NCBI GenBank assembly: GCA_038087875.1
Contig: CM075993.1
Span: 1,614,001-1,678,000 of the forward strand
Direction: 5' to 3'
From: Malacoraja senta
Taxonomy: Eukaryota
Length of the DNA stretch: 64,000 nucleotides
The notes below the pieces were generated by a model, which was not told where the DNA came from, did not search any database, and saw only the letters and a list, made by a program, of their open reading frames with translations. A program made the position numbers and the translations under genes. Each line of letters opens with the position of its first letter. Position 1 is the first letter of the stretch. Shown here piece by piece: positions 61,828 to 64,000 of this stretch.

Positions 61828-62349
61828 TCTCTGACTAGTTCTGTACCTTTACATACCTCTAGTTTCCCTCTCCCCTGACTCTCAGTCTGAAGAAGGGTCT
61901 CGATCCGAAACGTCACCCATTCCTTTTCACCTGACCTGCTGAGTTACTCCAGCATTTTGTGTCTATCTTCGGTGCAAACCAGCATCTGCAGTTCCTTCCT
62001 ACACTTACTTATCTGTCGTACTGCTGCAAGTAAGAATGACATTGTTCTGTTACGGGACATATGGCAATAAAACACTCTTGACTCCTGACTAGAAAAAAAA
62101 TACATTTAAAAATCAAATAAACTTGTACAAAGAATCGATAAAAATAAAAGCAGAGTTTGATTTGCTGCTTCATGACGTAAACTCAGGTTTTAATTCAAAC
62201 TTAAATGAATGATTTTGACCTGACCTGTGGTGATCCATTCTCCAGCTCTTTCCAAAATTACTAATGATTAAAAAGATATTCAATGAATTAAGGCAGCATA
62301 CACTCCTTTCCTCCTGATTAGCCGCCAATTATTTATCTTTCAATCAAGA

Positions 62350-63171
62350 CCCACGTCGCAGCGTCCTCTGCAGTCCGTCTGTCTTTTTAAATGTTTTTGT
62401 TTAGTTTGAGTTTCGTTTATAGTGTTTTTTTTAACTGGGTATGTGTGGGGGGGCGGGGAGTGGGAAATGTTTAAAATCTTTTCCCTGCACGGGAGACCCG
62501 ACCTTTCTCTGTCGGGTCTCCGTTGTCGTTGGGGCCTAGCACCGTGGAGCGGCCTCCAACGGAACGACCTGGGGCTCCAGTCGCGGAGCCGGCGGACTTA
62601 CTCACCATCGTTGTGCTGGCCGAGTTCGGAGCGTGGAGAGCTGTGGTGGCGCACTGCTGCGGCCCGACCCCGGAGATTCGGAGGCTCCAGCCGCCGGCCC
62701 GGTGGACGGTGACATCGGGAGCTCGCGGGTCCCTGGTGGGAGACCGCTTTTCGGGGCTCCCGCAACGGCAACTTCTCCAGCCCGAGTTGCGGGGTTGAAG
62801 ATGACCTGGAGCGGGGTCTTACATCGCCCGGTGCGGCTTTAAATGGCCGCGGGACTTGCTAGCGCCCGCCGGGGGCTCCAACATCAAGACCCAGAGCGTG
62901 GCCTTGCATTGCCCGGCGCGGCTTTAATGGCCGCGGGACTTATTTACCATCGCCCGCCGGGGGCTTTGACTTTGACATCGGGAGGAGAATGGGGAGTGCA
63001 GGGGAGAGACAAGACTTTGCCTTCCATCACAGCAAGGAGGAGATTCACTGTGATGGATGTTTGTGTAAATTGTGTTGTGTCTTGGTTCTTTTTACTTGTT
63101 TGTATGACTGCAGAAACCAAATTTCGTTTGAACTTAGGTTCAAATGACAACAAATAAATTGTATCAATTGT
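62350..63171 (+). mobile_element. GC-rich non-autonomous retroelement with Rex1-like tail
   Basis: CpG-rich body with an internal ~30-bp direct repeat; hairpin at 63023-63057; aatgacaacaaataa plus (attgtatca)2 tail; possible TSD atcaaga. Confidence 0.6.
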
Positions 63172-63332
63172 ATCAAGATTAAAAACATATAAGCTATTAG
63201 TAGACACAAAATACTGGAGTAACTCAGCGGGCCAGGCAGCCTCGCTGGAGAGAAGGAACGGGCGATGTTTTGGGTCGAGACCCTTCCTCCGACGCAGCTA
63301 TTAGCATGGAATTATATTTGGAATCTTACTAT

Positions 63333-63567
63333 CATTCCTTTTTCCCCCTGTTCCCATCTGGCAGAAGGTACACAAGCTTGAAAGCGCGCACCACCAGACT
63401 CAGGGACAGCTTTTTTCCCTCTGTTATTAGGCTTCTGAATGGACCTTCCATAAGCTCGGGCACAGTCCGATTCACCTCTACCCCAGTGCGGTAATTGGAC
63501 TTTGTCTCTGGAACTAATGCGCTACAATGCTGAGAACTATATTCTGCACTCTGTATCTTCCCCTTTG
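63333..63567 (+). mobile_element. Rex1/Babar 3' fragment
   Basis: FPSGRRYTSLKARTTRLRDSFFPSVIRLLN; a related 3' UTR lies at about 56418-56790. Confidence 0.75.
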
Positions 63568-64000
63568 TTTAGTTTAGTTTAGAGATACAGAGCGGAAACA
63601 GGCCCTTCGGCCCACCGGGTTGACGCCGACAAGCGATCCCTGCACACTAACACTATTCTGCTCCCAAACTAGGGACAATTTTTACATTTACCAAGCCAAT
63701 TAACTTACAAACCTGTACGTCTTTGGAGTGTCCATGAGTTTGACTTGATTGTATTTATGTGCAGTTCAATGGTACCATACAATACATAAATACAAACGTC
63801 AACCTTAAGTACAATAGGTAGAGCAAAGGGGAAGATACAGAATGCAGAATATAGAATATCAATTGACTAGCATGCAAAACATAGAGTGTGAGAAAGAACT
63901 GCAGATGCTGGATAAAATCGAAGTAGACACAAACTGCTGGAGTAACTCTGCGGGTGAGGCAGCATCTATGGAGAGAAGGAATGGGTGACGTTTTGGGCCG

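Overview
Repeat-dominated vertebrate non-coding DNA, most likely from a cartilaginous fish such as a skate, ray or shark (inferred from HE1-like V-SINEs paired with CR1/HER1-like LINE tails). I found no recognisable host-gene exon. Retroelements: two long, disabled CR1 LINEs (5822-8807 and 35104-38396, minus), a degenerate Ty3/Gypsy LTR element (19917-24264, minus), a Rex1/Babar LINE, many CR1 3' fragments and tRNA-derived V-SINEs, and dozens of Penelope-derived pseudo-LTR pieces carrying a minimal hammerhead-ribozyme motif. There are also three non-autonomous DNA transposons. The main finding is a ~140-bp SINE-like element present three times (1486-1617, 12793-12933, 27701-27829, all minus). 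Its first 54 nt fold into a minimal, P4-less HDV/CPEB3-type self-cleaving ribozyme beginning exactly at the element's 5' end. It has a structured 3' domain, an ACGC(AAG)n tail and target-site duplications, but no Pol III promoter. A Vingi/Ingi-like LINE 3' fragment with the same tail (39886-40068) is its likely mobilising partner. All calls were made by eye; ribozyme activity, family assignments and novelty are untested, and the boundaries of degenerate fragments are approximate.
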